From contig NZ_JAGZSD010000003.1 of assembly GCF_018381315.1 (NCBI RefSeq), positions 135,313-199,312 on the forward strand: a stretch of DNA of 64,000 nucleotides. The letters run 5' to 3'. Position 1 is the first letter of the stretch, and each line of letters starts with the position of its first letter. Shown here piece after piece: positions 1 through 10,124 of the stretch. The notes beneath the pieces are model-generated. The model was not told where the DNA came from. It made no database searches and was given only the letters and a program-made list of their open reading frames with translations. The position numbers and the translations under genes are program-made. This DNA is from Anaerostipes sp. (GTDB taxonomy: Bacteria; Bacillota; Clostridia; Lachnospirales; Lachnospiraceae).

Positions 1-501
1 TTTATATCGTGGGAGATTCCTGCAATCATTGTTTTGTTCTGCTCCTTGGCTGCTTCTTCTTTCTTTCTGGCTTCTCTGATTTCAGTTCTCATACAGTCAA
101 AGGCCCAGGTAAATGCCCCAAAAGTCTTAGAACGTTCCGCTGCTAAAGGAAAATCCAAGTTTCCTTTAGCAATCTCCCCGGCAAAGTGTTCCATTCTGGA
201 AATCGGACGTATATCATGAAAATAAAAGTACAGAAAAAAACACGACATACCTGCAAACAGTATGCCGCAGACTGTACCGTACACTCTTACTAATGACAGA
301 TTTCCTGTTCCGGCGGATAAACTCACTGCCTTTTTTAATAAAGCTTCTTGCTGGGCTTTTGTGAGAGATTGGTCGTGGAACATCTCATTCCATACAGGGA
401 GCATCTTATTGGAAGGATTTGAATTCTTTTTTATGTACAATCCCCCTATACATATAAGGACAAGGAACAAGATATAGGACACAAGGACAACTCTTAAAAA
501 A
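1..501 (-). CDS. Sensor histidine kinase, N-terminal part (TM segment, HAMP-like region, start of H-box); C-terminus lies beyond the window edge
   Basis: Minus-strand ORF from ATG at 501 (RBS GGAGTAGGAA) to the window edge. Translation MKKHFLRVVLVSYILFLVLICIGG... is hydrophobic N-terminally and ends ...IAGISHDIK (H-box). It lies immediately downstream of an OmpR-type response regulator on the same strand. Confidence 0.6.
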
Positions 502-515
502 TGCTTTTTCATTTC

Positions 516-1196
516 CTACTCCTCAAAACGGTAACCCTTACCGTAAACGGTCAGGATATGCTTCGGATCCGAGGGATCTTTTTCGATCTTCTCCCTCAGC
601 CACCGGATATGGACTGCCAGCACGGAGGGCGTGGATTCCGATCCATACCCCCATATTTCTGTAAACAACCGCTCTTTTGTCAGGATCTCCCCCGGATGGG
701 CCGCGAGATAAACAAGCAGCTCATACATCTTTAAGGTCAGTTCCAATGGTCTGCCCGCTTTCTTTACTGTCTGCCTTTTCTGGTCAATGATGATGTCGGA
801 AAAACTGAGCGGCTGTAAAACGGAATATCCATAGGTTCTCCGGAGCAGTGCCAGAACTCTGGAATGCAGTTCTGCCAGTGAATATGGTTTGGAGAGGTAA
901 TCATCTCCGCCGAGCATCAGCCCTTTTACCTTATCTGTATCACTGGTTCTTGCAGAGATGAAAATAACCGGGACCTGTGTTTCTTTTCTGAGTTTTTCTA
1001 TAAATTGAAAACCGTTCATTCCCGGCAGATTGATGTCCAGGATAATCAGCCTGATTGGATGCAGGTACAAAGCTTCAAATGCCTCTTCTGCACTGCCTGC
1101 ACGGAGACATCCAAGTTTCTTTTGTTCCATGTAATCTATGGCGATCTCTGCAAGATCCTTGTCGTCTTCTACGATCAATATTTCTGGTTGGAGCAT
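516..1196 (-). CDS. OmpR-family two-component response regulator (receiver + winged-helix)
   Basis: ILIVEDDKDLAEI...LDINLPGMNGF receiver motifs and a C-terminal LTLKMYELLVYLAAHPGEILTKERLFTEIWG...GYRF winged helix. Internal ATG at 1196 is preceded by GGAGGGAAAC. Confidence 0.85.
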   Translation of the reverse strand: MLQPEILIVEDDKDLAEIAIDYMEQKKLGCLRAGSAEEAFEALYLHPIRLIILDINLPGMNGFQFIEKLRKETQVPVIFISARTSDTDKVKGLMLGGDDYLSKPYSLAELHSRVLALLRRTYGYSVLQPLSFSDIIIDQKRQTVKKAGRPLELTLKMYELLVYLAAHPGEILTKERLFTEIWGYGSESTPSVLAVHIRWLREKIEKDPSDPKHILTVYGKGYRFEE

Positions 1197-1256
1197 ATGT
1201 TTCCCTCCTGTTTGTTTACTCATTATATCATAACTTTGGAGGGGAGTTGGTTCCAC

Positions 1257-3011
1257 TCAATGATCCTGCCTTGAAGCCTCTTCCAAAGCTTTCCTCAACT
1301 CTTTATCATAAGCATAAATATACAATCCATTAACTCCCCGAGTCATCAAAACCCTCACTTCATGCTGGATCAATGTATCTCCGAATTTCTTTTTAGTCCC
1401 ATCTGATAATTTACGATTTTGTTTTGCTTTTTGGTTAAAACTTTTGTTTGAATCAAAAACAATTTTTCCGTCACGATATTTTACGGACGGCCCAAGAATC
1501 AAACCTGCATAATTCAGATCGAATCCCTGAATTGTAAATGTGGATCCCACCTCATCAATGGTCTGCGGCTGCTCTGCCCAGGAAAGTGTTTTGTTTTTCC
1601 GCTTTTGTTTTCTTTCCATGTCTTTTGACAACTCACGGTTCCATGGTTTATGCCAATCACCAATCACTACCTCCCAATATTTCTGCATTCTCTTTTCCAT
1701 TGATGAATTCTGGCTGTATTCCCAATCATAAGTTGCAATGAGCCTGGATAATTTATGCTCCTGTTCTCCCGCTTTTTTCTTAATTGCTGCCTCAAGCTCC
1801 GATGGCTGAGCAAAAACTTTTATTTCATATCCGGTCTTATCCATTGGAATTTCTGACAGACTTTTATTCTTTGTAAAATTATCGATCCAAGAAATTGTTT
1901 CATCCGATGCATTCATTCTCATCTGTTTTGTCAATTCAAAATAGTTTCCGCTCTTTTTTGCTTTCTTCCGATATTTATCTAAGATCTGTTCTTCCCAATA
2001 TTGCTCTGTAGTTAATATTTGATTTTCGTCAAACATAATCACCGTAACCCTGGCCCTTTTTATAATATCCTCAAGCTGGTTTTTTCCTCGGTATGACTAT
2101 TTCCCACGTGTTAGCAATAAATGAGCCTCATCAATAAATGCTACATCAACTGGCTCATCCTCTGAATGGTTGTTGATAAATGACGTTGGTTTGCATACAA
2201 CTTCTTTTCCTTCTTTATTCTTCAGACCCAGTTTCCCGGCAATTTGTTTATAGACATTAATCTGCTCATCATGATTTACGAGTAGATAACATTGCAGATT
2301 TTCTTTTTTTCGTTCTTCTGCCTTCAGAAATACTTCATAAAAAGTGCTGCTGCTGAGAACAGTTTTGCCTGTCCCGGCTTCTCCGTCAATAAAAATAAAC
2401 TGCCCCCGTTTGTTCTTATCAAATGCGGTAAAAACCTTCTCAATTATTTTTTCTTTTATTTCTTCCTGCTCCTGCGTCAGCTTATGTAATGGTGATGCTT
2501 TAAAAAAGGCTGAATCTTTTATAGAACTTTCTGCTGGAAATAAAACTTCATCTCTTTTTCTTAAATCATTCCAGATTTTTCGGAAGATGGCATCTGCCTC
2601 ACAATCCGGATAATACCTGTTTTGGGGATTTGTCCTTTTATTGTGCATCCTTTTGACAGATTCTGCTCCCATCATGTAATGCATTAAACGATTTTCAATA
2701 TCCAGAGTAAAAGATTTATTAAAATGATCATATCCGATGATATATAACCTGGCTGATTTCTTTTTAAGTTGATACTGCCATTTTGTTTTATCTCCTGACT
2801 GGTCGAAATGTTGTTTTGTCCTCTGCAGCACGTTGTTTGATTCTCCAACATATACCTCATAGCCTTCTCCATTTTTCCAATTATGAATGTAAACTGTCGG
2901 ATAATCTAGCATAACAGACCGTTCCTTTTTAGAAGATTTATTTTCTAACTTTCCATGAAAAGATTGTAAACTTTCTATATCATCTTTTATTTCATTGACT
3001 ATAATCTCCAC
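1257..3011 (-). pseudogene. GIY-YIG nuclease-like + P-loop NTPase (DUF2075/SF1-helicase-like) gene interrupted by one in-frame TAG at 2097-2099; two ORFs (2097..3011 and 1257..2042) in the same frame
   Basis: N-terminal YEVYVGESNNVLQRTKQH (GIY-YIG-like), Walker A FIDGEAGTGKT and Walker B VAFIDEAHLL. Frame continuity was checked codon by codon: ...LLTRGK*SYRGKNQLEDIIKRARVTVIMFDENQ... Confidence 0.5.
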
Positions 3012-3302
3012 ATCCGTTCCTTGTATGATGCTTATGAAAATATAAGCTTCTACGTTTCCTTTCTAATAAAAATATTTATGTCTCATAAAATACCTATACT
3101 GTCTTACATTTTTCGTCTTAAATCTGCAAATTGGAATTATTCCTTCTTAAATTCTAATATCTCCCTCTGTAAATGTCAAACTTAGATCTGCCCAATCATA
3201 CCGCTATAAACTTCCATTCCACACTGTTTTACTTTCCCTATCTCAAGTGCTAAAATAAAACCAGAACAACTGACAAAAATCATAACAGCAAAGGAGGATT
3301 CA

Positions 3303-3890
3303 ATGGAAACGGCATTAACTCGGGATGAAGCTTTAGAACTTCTAAAGAAATATAATAAAGAGCCCTTCCACATCCAGCACGCACTGACAGTGGAAGGTGT
3401 CATGAGATGGTATGCCAATGAACTTGGTTATGGTCAGGAGGAAGAGTACTGGGGAATTGCAGGTCTCCTCCACGACATTGATTTTGAACTTTATCCGGAA
3501 GAACACTGCCAAAAGGCCCCGGAACTTTTGCGGGAAGTCGGTGCAGGAGAGGATATCATACATTCTGTCTGTTCCCATGGCTATGGGATTTGTTCCGATA
3601 TCAGTCCGGACCACCAAATGGAAAAAGTTTTGTTTGCTGCAGATGAACTGACCGGTCTCATCGGGGCTGCTGCGCTGATGAGGCCTTCTAAAAGTGTACA
3701 GGATATGAAGGTATCCAGCATCCGCAAAAAGTTTAAGGATAAAAAGTTTGCCGCAGGATGCTCCCGGGACATCATTTCACAGGGTGCCCAAAATCTCGGA
3801 TGGGAGCTGAGTGAACTTTTTGAGAAAACCATCCTCGCTATGCGTTCCTGTGAAGATTCCATCCTGCAGGAAATGCAGAGCTATAAATAA
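3303..3890 (+). CDS. HD-domain phosphohydrolase (HD superfamily, COG2316-like)
   Basis: H..H...HD motif context (HIQHALTVEGVMRW...GLLHDIDFELYPEEH), about 195 aa, RBS AAAGGAGG 7 nt upstream. A TGcTAAAAT -10 lies at about 3246-3254. Confidence 0.75.
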   Translation: METALTRDEALELLKKYNKEPFHIQHALTVEGVMRWYANELGYGQEEEYWGIAGLLHDIDFELYPEEHCQKAPELLREVGAGEDIIHSVCSHGYGICSDISPDHQMEKVLFAADELTGLIGAAALMRPSKSVQDMKVSSIRKKFKDKKFAAGCSRDIISQGAQNLGWELSELFEKTILAMRSCEDSILQEMQSYK

Positions 3891-4053
3891 CAGGGGGTGA
3901 TCGTTATGTGTATCAACAAAAAAAGAAAGACAGATGACAGTCTCCATGCAGGGCCTGCTGAAAGAAGCGCCGGCTGTATGGAGTAAAAAGGCGCTGTCTT
4001 ATTTTCACAGCCTTGCATCCAGAAACAACAATGTTTAAGGAGTGAGGCTAATT

Positions 4054-4317
4054 ATGAAATATCAAAACGCAGCTTCTGTTCTTCCCGCATCCCTTTTAGA
4101 ACAGCTTCAGGATTATGTACAGGGAGATTATCTGTATATTCCGAAAAAAGAAGACCAGTACAAAAAATGGGGCGACAGGACTGGAAGCCGGATCAGGACT
4201 GCTCAGCGCAATCAATGCATCCGTGAAGATTTTTATTCTGGAAAATCTATAGAAGAATTATCTGACATGTACTTTCTTTCCGTACACACCATACGGAAAA
4301 TCGTATATGGCAGATAA
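4054..4317 (+). CDS. Small helix-turn-helix DNA-binding protein (Mor/sigma-70 region-4-like, about 87 aa)
   Basis: RBS AAGGAGTGAGG before ATG 4054. C-terminal ...KSIEELSDMYFLSVHTIRKIVYG resembles an HTH. Followed by a strong terminator. Confidence 0.5.
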   Translation: MKYQNAASVLPASLLEQLQDYVQGDYLYIPKKEDQYKKWGDRTGSRIRTAQRNQCIREDFYSGKSIEELSDMYFLSVHTIRKIVYGR

Positions 4318-4336
4318 ATGAACTGAAATAAACTCA

Positions 4337-4381
4337 GAAAGCAGTGAATCATCCATATCTTGGTATTCACTGCTTTCTTTG
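4337..4381 (+). terminator. Rho-independent terminator after the small HTH gene
   Basis: GAAAGCAGTGAAT-loop-ATTCACTGCTTTC perfect 13-bp stem followed by TTTGATTG. Confidence 0.8.
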
Positions 4382-4382
4382 A

Positions 4383-4411
4383 TTGACTGCTGTTATAGGT
4401 GATATTAAACT
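4383..4411 (+). promoter_or_regulatory. Sigma-A type promoter for the ceramidase-like gene
   Basis: -35 TTGACT (4383-4388), 17-nt spacer, -10 TAAACT (4406-4411), roughly 90 nt upstream of ATG 4505. Confidence 0.45.
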
Positions 4412-4504
4412 ATCTGTTTCATAAGTATAAAACAATTCTGTATGATCTGAGATATAGATGATTCCTCACACTTCTGCTATCTTTTGATACAGGAGGTGTC
4501 AATT

Positions 4505-5833
4505 ATGAAACAACATCAAAACACAGCTTCTTTCGGATTTTCAGAAGCTGATATTACCCCTGAAAGGCCGGCAGAATTAGTGGGATTTCCCAGAACCGAT
4601 AATAGTTCCCGCGGTATCCTTCATCCTTTGAAATCCCAGATTCTCATCATTCAGGCTCCCGGAGAAACCGTTTGTCTGACAACAGTGGACAGCCTGGGCT
4701 TTACAGTGGAGCTGACTCTCAGCTTAAGAAAGCAGCTGGCCAAAGTACTGAAGATTCCCACGGAGAAGATTATGATTTGTTTTTCTCACACTCATTCTGC
4801 ACCCAATGCGGCAGCGGAACCCGCCTACTTTTCCTTTGTTTGCAGTCAGATCTGCGCTGCGGCAAAGCAGGCGGCAATAAATATGAATCCGTTCTTTGCC
4901 GCCTGGGGGATTGGGGATCATTTGATCGGCATAAACAGAAGATCAGAAACGTCCCCTGAAGAATCCAGACTTGGGATTTTAAAACTGTCAGATCCGGACG
5001 GAGTTCCTTCCTTTCTTCTTCTCAGAGTGTCCGCCCATGCTAATGTGCTCACCAGTGATAATTACAAAATTTCTTCTGATTATTTTTCTCTTACAAGGCA
5101 AAAGCTTTCGGAAGCCTTCGGATGTCCTGTTATGATGGTTCAGGGAGCATCCGGGAATCTCCGGCCAAGATTCCAACAGGAGAATGCAGCTTTTATGGAG
5201 ATTCAGGGCGTGGATGCCTTAGAAAAGCCTTACACTGATTTTGAAAAACAGTTATATTTTCAGCAGAGTATGGATGCATTGGAGAACATGGCTGCCTCTG
5301 TTTTTCACTCCGCAGCTCCTGTCATTGCTGGATTAAAAACAGAGCCGGTCCGCCGTCTGTCTATGTTCTCTGTAACCCACCAGTTTGATGCTGATGTCCC
5401 CTCGCTGGAATATGCAGATCAAATAGCAAATGAAGCAAAAGCCAAGGCCGGCATAGACGGAAGCGGATGGCTTACAGAAATCCGGAAACTTCACCGCCGG
5501 CAGATCCAAGTTCAGACAGCAGATGTAGAATTTCAGTATTTTATATTAAACAGCGGCTGTTTCTGCGGAGTTCCCAATGAAATCATGTGTGAAATTGCAC
5601 TGGACGTATGGCATCAGTCAGCAGAATCTCTATTTTTCCTGAACGGATACACCAACGGGATTGACAGCTATCTGCCGACTGCGGAAGAATATGACAAAGG
5701 CGGGTATGAGGTTCTCTGGTCCAATCTGATATACTATCCATATTACGGAAGAGTTATGGCGCTGAATCGGGAATCTGCCGGGCAGATGGCTTCCTTTGCA
5801 GTGACAGACTTCTTACACCGGCTTAAGAGTTAG
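4505..5833 (+). CDS. Neutral/alkaline ceramidase-like N-terminal-domain hydrolase (cytoplasmic, no signal peptide)
   Basis: RBS AGGAGGTG before ATG 4505. GFSEADITPERP... and ICFSHTHSAPN motifs resemble the ceramidase_alk family. Confidence 0.55.
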   Translation: MKQHQNTASFGFSEADITPERPAELVGFPRTDNSSRGILHPLKSQILIIQAPGETVCLTTVDSLGFTVELTLSLRKQLAKVLKIPTEKIMICFSHTHSAPNAAAEPAYFSFVCSQICAAAKQAAINMNPFFAAWGIGDHLIGINRRSETSPEESRLGILKLSDPDGVPSFLLLRVSAHANVLTSDNYKISSDYFSLTRQKLSEAFGCPVMMVQGASGNLRPRFQQENAAFMEIQGVDALEKPYTDFEKQLYFQQSMDALENMAASVFHSAAPVIAGLKTEPVRRLSMFSVTHQFDADVPSLEYADQIANEAKAKAGIDGSGWLTEIRKLHRRQIQVQTADVEFQYFILNSGCFCGVPNEIMCEIALDVWHQSAESLFFLNGYTNGIDSYLPTAEEYDKGGYEVLWSNLIYYPYYGRVMALNRESAGQMASFAVTDFLHRLKS

Positions 5834-5848
5834 GCTTCCTATTTCATT

Positions 5849-8020
5849 TTATTTCTTTAAATTTTTACTTAAGAGCTCATTAAACTGCTCTAAAGATACA
5901 GGTTTAGAAAAGAAAAATCCCTGGCCGAATTCACAGGAATAATCGGATAGAAGACGCAGCTGTCCCATAGTCTCAATTCCTTCTGCCAATGTATGTGTGC
6001 TGTCAAGTTCCTGACACATTTGAATTGCATTTTTTAATATAACACGGCTTTTACAGTTGCTTTCCAATCCTTCTACCAGCGTTTTATCCATTTTTACTAT
6101 ATCAAAATTCAAATCATTTAATATTGACAAATTGGAATATTGGGATCCAAAATCATCCAGTGAAATCGTAAACCCTTTTTTGATCAGATCATCAATCAGT
6201 GTTTGAAGCCTGCCATGATCCATCTTGCTGATACTTTCTGTAACTTCAATCGTTAAATTATCAGGTGAAACATGATATCTGCTGCAGATGTCCATAATTT
6301 CATCAACGATATCCGGCTCCATTAATGTGACTCTGGAGAAGTTCACAGAAATTTTCAGTGTAATCCCCTGTCTCTTCCACTTTTTCATTGTCCTGCAGAC
6401 ATCTTCCAGTACAAATAAATCTACATGCCGTATAACTCCTTCCATTTCATAATAAGAGATAAATTTATCAGGCGAAATCAATGTATCTTCTTTCCCTTTT
6501 TTTCGCACAAGTGCTTCCGCACCAATGACCTCACCCGTTTTAATATTAATCTGCGGCTGGTAAAATACGACAAATCTATTTTGTGCTATTTCTTCAAGAA
6601 CCTCACTTGCAATGCCGACTCTGACAGCCTGTCCATTGCTCAGCACCTGTTTATAATAGGACTGTTTTTCAGCGTACATCATTTCATCGGCTTTGGTAAC
6701 CTGACTGCTGACATCTGTATCTCCTTTCTCCCATGTACACCCTAAAGATACGTCACAGTCCTCTTCTTGAAATTTTTTTCTCAGATCAATTACTTTCTCA
6801 TAAAATTCATCTTTATCAAAATTTTCAAACAGCAGTACAAACTCATCTCCGCCTATTCGATAAAGATGTGACTCCCCGACTTCCTTCAAAATAGAAGCCA
6901 CCTTAACAAGCAGACTGTCCCCGTATTTGTGTCCGTAAATATCATTGATCATTTTCAGCCCGTTTACGTCAGCAAAGATAACCCCCAAACATCCGGGCGG
7001 ATCATTTTCATATCTCTTCAGGACCTCCATATACTTATTGCGGTTTTGTAACCCGGTCAGCATATCTGTATATGATGCAAATTCTAAACTTTTAATCAGA
7101 TGGCGTTTTTTTAATTCTTCTTTCACAAAATCCGACGATGCCCGCAACAGTGTCAAATCATCCGTAGATCTTGTAGGATCATCAACCCCTATAAACCCAA
7201 TGATTACTCCATTGTCAAAAAGAGGTGCGGCCAGAAGGCTCTCGATTCCCTGATCCTTTAAAATACGTGATTCTTCTGACTCTGCATCAATCTCTTTACC
7301 GACTGAAGTAATAAAAAACTCGCCTTTTTCCTGAAACTGCTTTATCCAGTCCTCAATATATTCCATAGGAATTTCCTGCAGATTGTCAATCTCTGCAGAC
7401 ACATTCGGTGCACACCACTCATAAGTGTTTTTAATTATCTGGCGTTCGAAATCAAACTCAAAAATGTAAGCTCGGCTGGCACGGTAAAAACGGCCTAACT
7501 GCTCTAAAAAACTATGAAAAGAGCTGTCATAATCATCACTTGAAGCTAATGTATGGATACACTTGACAAGAATCTGGTCCAGTGTCAGCTGATCTGACAT
7601 GCGCTGCATTTTTTCTTTTTGGTCCGTAATGTCAACGGCATGTTCCATTCGGCATAAACGGCCGTCAACTTCAATTAAAGTATCATCAACAGCCAGCCAG
7701 CAATTCAGCATCTCATTAAAATGTTCCCACTGGTAATGTTTGCCTAATACCAGCTTGTCATTCGTACAGAATGAACATGGTGCATCAAGATTTTGTATTA
7801 ACTTATAGCATTTTTTCTCCTTATACTCCTCCGGGGAATTTATTCCCAGCATTTTCATTGCAGCCCGCGTCAGATGGATTACCCCATAAGTTTTAACATC
7901 TGCTATATAACAAATGCTTTGTTCATGGCCAATGATTAAGGAATCATATTCTTCATAAGTCAAACCAAACCTCCTCTGCTCTTGACCTTTCATCCAGTCA
8001 AACATTATTTTTCGAATCAT
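5849..8020 (-). CDS. PAS-GAF-GGDEF-EAL c-di-GMP turnover protein (diguanylate cyclase/phosphodiesterase)
   Basis: RIGGDEFVLLF (GGDEF) and QPQINIKTGEVIGAEALVR (EAL) motifs. N-terminal CSFCTNDK and NTYEWC motifs are shared with the paralogue at 37107..39215. An alternative TTG start near 7963 sits behind GAGGAGG. Confidence 0.85.
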   Translation of the reverse strand: MIRKIMFDWMKGQEQRRFGLTYEEYDSLIIGHEQSICYIADVKTYGVIHLTRAAMKMLGINSPEEYKEKKCYKLIQNLDAPCSFCTNDKLVLGKHYQWEHFNEMLNCWLAVDDTLIEVDGRLCRMEHAVDITDQKEKMQRMSDQLTLDQILVKCIHTLASSDDYDSSFHSFLEQLGRFYRASRAYIFEFDFERQIIKNTYEWCAPNVSAEIDNLQEIPMEYIEDWIKQFQEKGEFFITSVGKEIDAESEESRILKDQGIESLLAAPLFDNGVIIGFIGVDDPTRSTDDLTLLRASSDFVKEELKKRHLIKSLEFASYTDMLTGLQNRNKYMEVLKRYENDPPGCLGVIFADVNGLKMINDIYGHKYGDSLLVKVASILKEVGESHLYRIGGDEFVLLFENFDKDEFYEKVIDLRKKFQEEDCDVSLGCTWEKGDTDVSSQVTKADEMMYAEKQSYYKQVLSNGQAVRVGIASEVLEEIAQNRFVVFYQPQINIKTGEVIGAEALVRKKGKEDTLISPDKFISYYEMEGVIRHVDLFVLEDVCRTMKKWKRQGITLKISVNFSRVTLMEPDIVDEIMDICSRYHVSPDNLTIEVTESISKMDHGRLQTLIDDLIKKGFTISLDDFGSQYSNLSILNDLNFDIVKMDKTLVEGLESNCKSRVILKNAIQMCQELDSTHTLAEGIETMGQLRLLSDYSCEFGQGFFFSKPVSLEQFNELLSKNLKK

Positions 8021-8069
8021 AAAGCTTACATATTATTCTAGTAAATTTCTATAATAAAAGCAATATAAT

Positions 8070-9443
8070 TCAGCTCAATTCGACAGTTTCTCTGTCTTCA
8101 GGACCAATTCCCAATATTTCATTCATTTTCCATGCAAACCGAACCGTCACCAGGGCAGCACATATATCTGCTGCCGGCTGTGCCCACAGTATCCCTGAAA
8201 GCCCGAACAGCTTCGGGAGAATGAGGATCAGAGGAAAGAAAAAAATCCCCTGCCTTCCAAGGCTTAAAACACTCCCTGCTCCGCCTTTTCCCGCTGAAAG
8301 ATAAAGGGATGCATATACCATCTGGAATCCGAACGTCAGCAGCAAGACTGCATTCAAACGCAGGGCCTGGCTGCCCAGCAGGATCATTTCAGGATCGGAT
8401 CCAAACAATCCGACAAGCTGTCCGGAGAAAATGAAACAGATAAACGACATAACAATACAAAAACCGGTGGACCAGAAAATACAGAGCTTTACTGCCTTTC
8501 TCAGACGCCTGTACTGTCCGGCTCCGTAATTAAAACCGGCAAATGGCTGAAAACCTTTCATAAAACCAAAAACCACATAAACTCCTACCGTTGTGATTCT
8601 GCTGACTGCACCCATAGCTGCCACTGCATAATCCCCATATTCTTTTGCTGCTGTATTGGTCAATCCTAACGCTATACTGGCAAACAGCTGAAATGTAAGT
8701 ACAGGAATCCCAATTTTTAAAACCTCACGGTAAATTTCCACTTTCGGTGTAATGTTTCGGACAGACAGATGAAGCACTCCTTTTCCTTTGATGATATAGA
8801 GTACATACATAAAAGAATTAACACACAGAGAAATCACTGTGGCTTGTGCTGCTCCCTGTATGCCCATGTGCAGTCCGTAGATCAGCAAAGGGTCCAAAAT
8901 AATATTGAGAACACTTCCGGTTACCATGGCTGCCATTGTAAAACGGGCTGCTCCCTGGGCGGTCAGCAGGTTATTCATCGTCACATTAAATACATTGAGA
9001 ATTGAACCTGTCACATAGATGACAGCATAGTCTCTGGCATAGGGAAGAATAGTTTCCGTGGCACCAAGCCCGGATAATACCGGTGTCAGGAAAAACAAAA
9101 TTCCGGCAATAACGCCTGCTCCAGTCAAAAGCCCTGTAAACAGAGCCGTTGATGCAGTCCGGTCAGCCAGTTCATACTCTTTTGCCCCAAGCAGTCTGGA
9201 TATATAAGAGGAAGCCCCTGCCCCAAACATCATCCCAAGTCCGATCACCAGCTGGACAATGGGGAAAACCACTGAGACAGCCCCCATTTGGCTGGTTCCC
9301 AGCCCTCCTACAAAATAAGCGTCTGCCGCATTGTACAGAGCTGAGATCAGCATGCCGATCATAGTTGGAATACCAAGCTTCAGCAATGCTTTTGCTGTCT
9401 TCTCCTCACCCAGCAAATTTTTGTTTTTGTTCATTTCTTTCAT
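8070..9443 (-). CDS. MATE-family multidrug efflux transporter
   Basis: 12-TM hydrophobic profile and N-terminal LLKLGIPTMIGMLISALYNAADAYFVGGLG signature. RBS GGAGGT before ATG 9443. Confidence 0.85.
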   Translation of the reverse strand: MKEMNKNKNLLGEEKTAKALLKLGIPTMIGMLISALYNAADAYFVGGLGTSQMGAVSVVFPIVQLVIGLGMMFGAGASSYISRLLGAKEYELADRTASTALFTGLLTGAGVIAGILFFLTPVLSGLGATETILPYARDYAVIYVTGSILNVFNVTMNNLLTAQGAARFTMAAMVTGSVLNIILDPLLIYGLHMGIQGAAQATVISLCVNSFMYVLYIIKGKGVLHLSVRNITPKVEIYREVLKIGIPVLTFQLFASIALGLTNTAAKEYGDYAVAAMGAVSRITTVGVYVVFGFMKGFQPFAGFNYGAGQYRRLRKAVKLCIFWSTGFCIVMSFICFIFSGQLVGLFGSDPEMILLGSQALRLNAVLLLTFGFQMVYASLYLSAGKGGAGSVLSLGRQGIFFFPLILILPKLFGLSGILWAQPAADICAALVTVRFAWKMNEILGIGPEDRETVELS

Positions 9444-9506
9444 CTTTCTTACCTCCAAAATTTATTTATCTGAACGGAACTGTTTTCCGGTCAAATCATA
9501 GCATTT

Positions 9507-9530
9507 AATATTGAATATAGATTCAATATT
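9507..9530. promoter_or_regulatory. TetR-type operator, 24-bp perfect palindrome AATATTGAAT-ATAG-ATTCAATATT, in the promoter region of the MATE pump
   Basis: Perfect 10-4-10 inverted repeat between the tetR stop (9553) and the MATE start (9443). A near-identical site lies at 10125-10148. Confidence 0.6.
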
Positions 9531-9535
9531 GTTCA

Positions 9536-9565
9536 ATAAAAAAGGAACCGGTTCAAAAACCGATT
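9536..9565 (-). terminator. Rho-independent terminator overlapping the tetR stop codon
   Basis: Minus strand GGAATCGGTTTTTGAACCGGTTCC (10-bp stem, one mismatch, tetR TGA in the loop) followed by TTTTTTATTG. Confidence 0.55.
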
Positions 9566-10113
9566 CCCTGTAAATACATATTTGATATCTTATTTAGTAA
9601 TTCCATCGCCCATTCCTCACTCTCATAGTGGTATGCGGTCTGCAGCAGTGCGTCTACAAAATTATTGGCTATGATATGCACAAACACCGGATCATAATGG
9701 CTTAACAAATCCCGGTGTGAGTTTAGATGATGTTCGATCTCGCTGACCAAACGTTCCTTCTCACCCTCATATTTTGTCTTTGTACTCTTATCCATCATGA
9801 TGATAAACTGCTTCCGGTGTCTGAAAAGACTGCGGATACAGTCTTCCTCCATCTGGCTCAAATACTGATATCCCCGATGATCCGAAGATCTTTCATCCTT
9901 CATGACCCGTTTCCAGTCAAAGCACACTGGTCTTAAAATCTCATCAAACAAGGCTTCTTTATTTTTATAATAGGAGTAAAGAAGACCGGCAGGAATCCCT
10001 GCCCTGTCAGCAATGCCGCGGATTGTAGCACGGACGTACCCATGGACATAAAACTCTTCCAGTCCGGCATTGAGTATATTCTCCCTGATTTGATCTTTTA
10101 AGACTTGTGCCAT
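9553..10113 (-). CDS. TetR/AcrR-family transcriptional repressor
   Basis: N-terminal HTH IRENILNAGLEEFYVHGYVRATIRGIADRAGIPAGLLYSYYKNKEALF. RBS AGGGAGGGG. Located between the operator copies. Confidence 0.85.
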   Translation of the reverse strand: MAQVLKDQIRENILNAGLEEFYVHGYVRATIRGIADRAGIPAGLLYSYYKNKEALFDEILRPVCFDWKRVMKDERSSDHRGYQYLSQMEEDCIRSLFRHRKQFIIMMDKSTKTKYEGEKERLVSEIEHHLNSHRDLLSHYDPVFVHIIANNFVDALLQTAYHYESEEWAMELLNKISNMYLQGIGF

Positions 10114-10124
10114 AGCCCCTCCCT

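Noticed and set aside
2097-2099. TAG as a pyrrolysine or otherwise recoded codon
   Set aside because: TAG is used as an ordinary stop elsewhere in the window (for example the end of 2097..3011 itself). No other in-frame TAGs are seen in conserved genes. A nonsense mutation or sequencing error is simpler.
3182-3418. 78-aa minus-strand ORF overlapping the HD gene start
   Set aside because: It overlaps a well-supported plus-strand gene and its promoter, and has no RBS.
3906-3986. 26-codon ORF (MCINKKRKTDDSLHAGPAERSAGCME) with a GGGGGTGA RBS directly after the HD gene
   Set aside because: No conservation signal or functional motif. The region also forms a weak hairpin, and the ORF is likely fortuitous.
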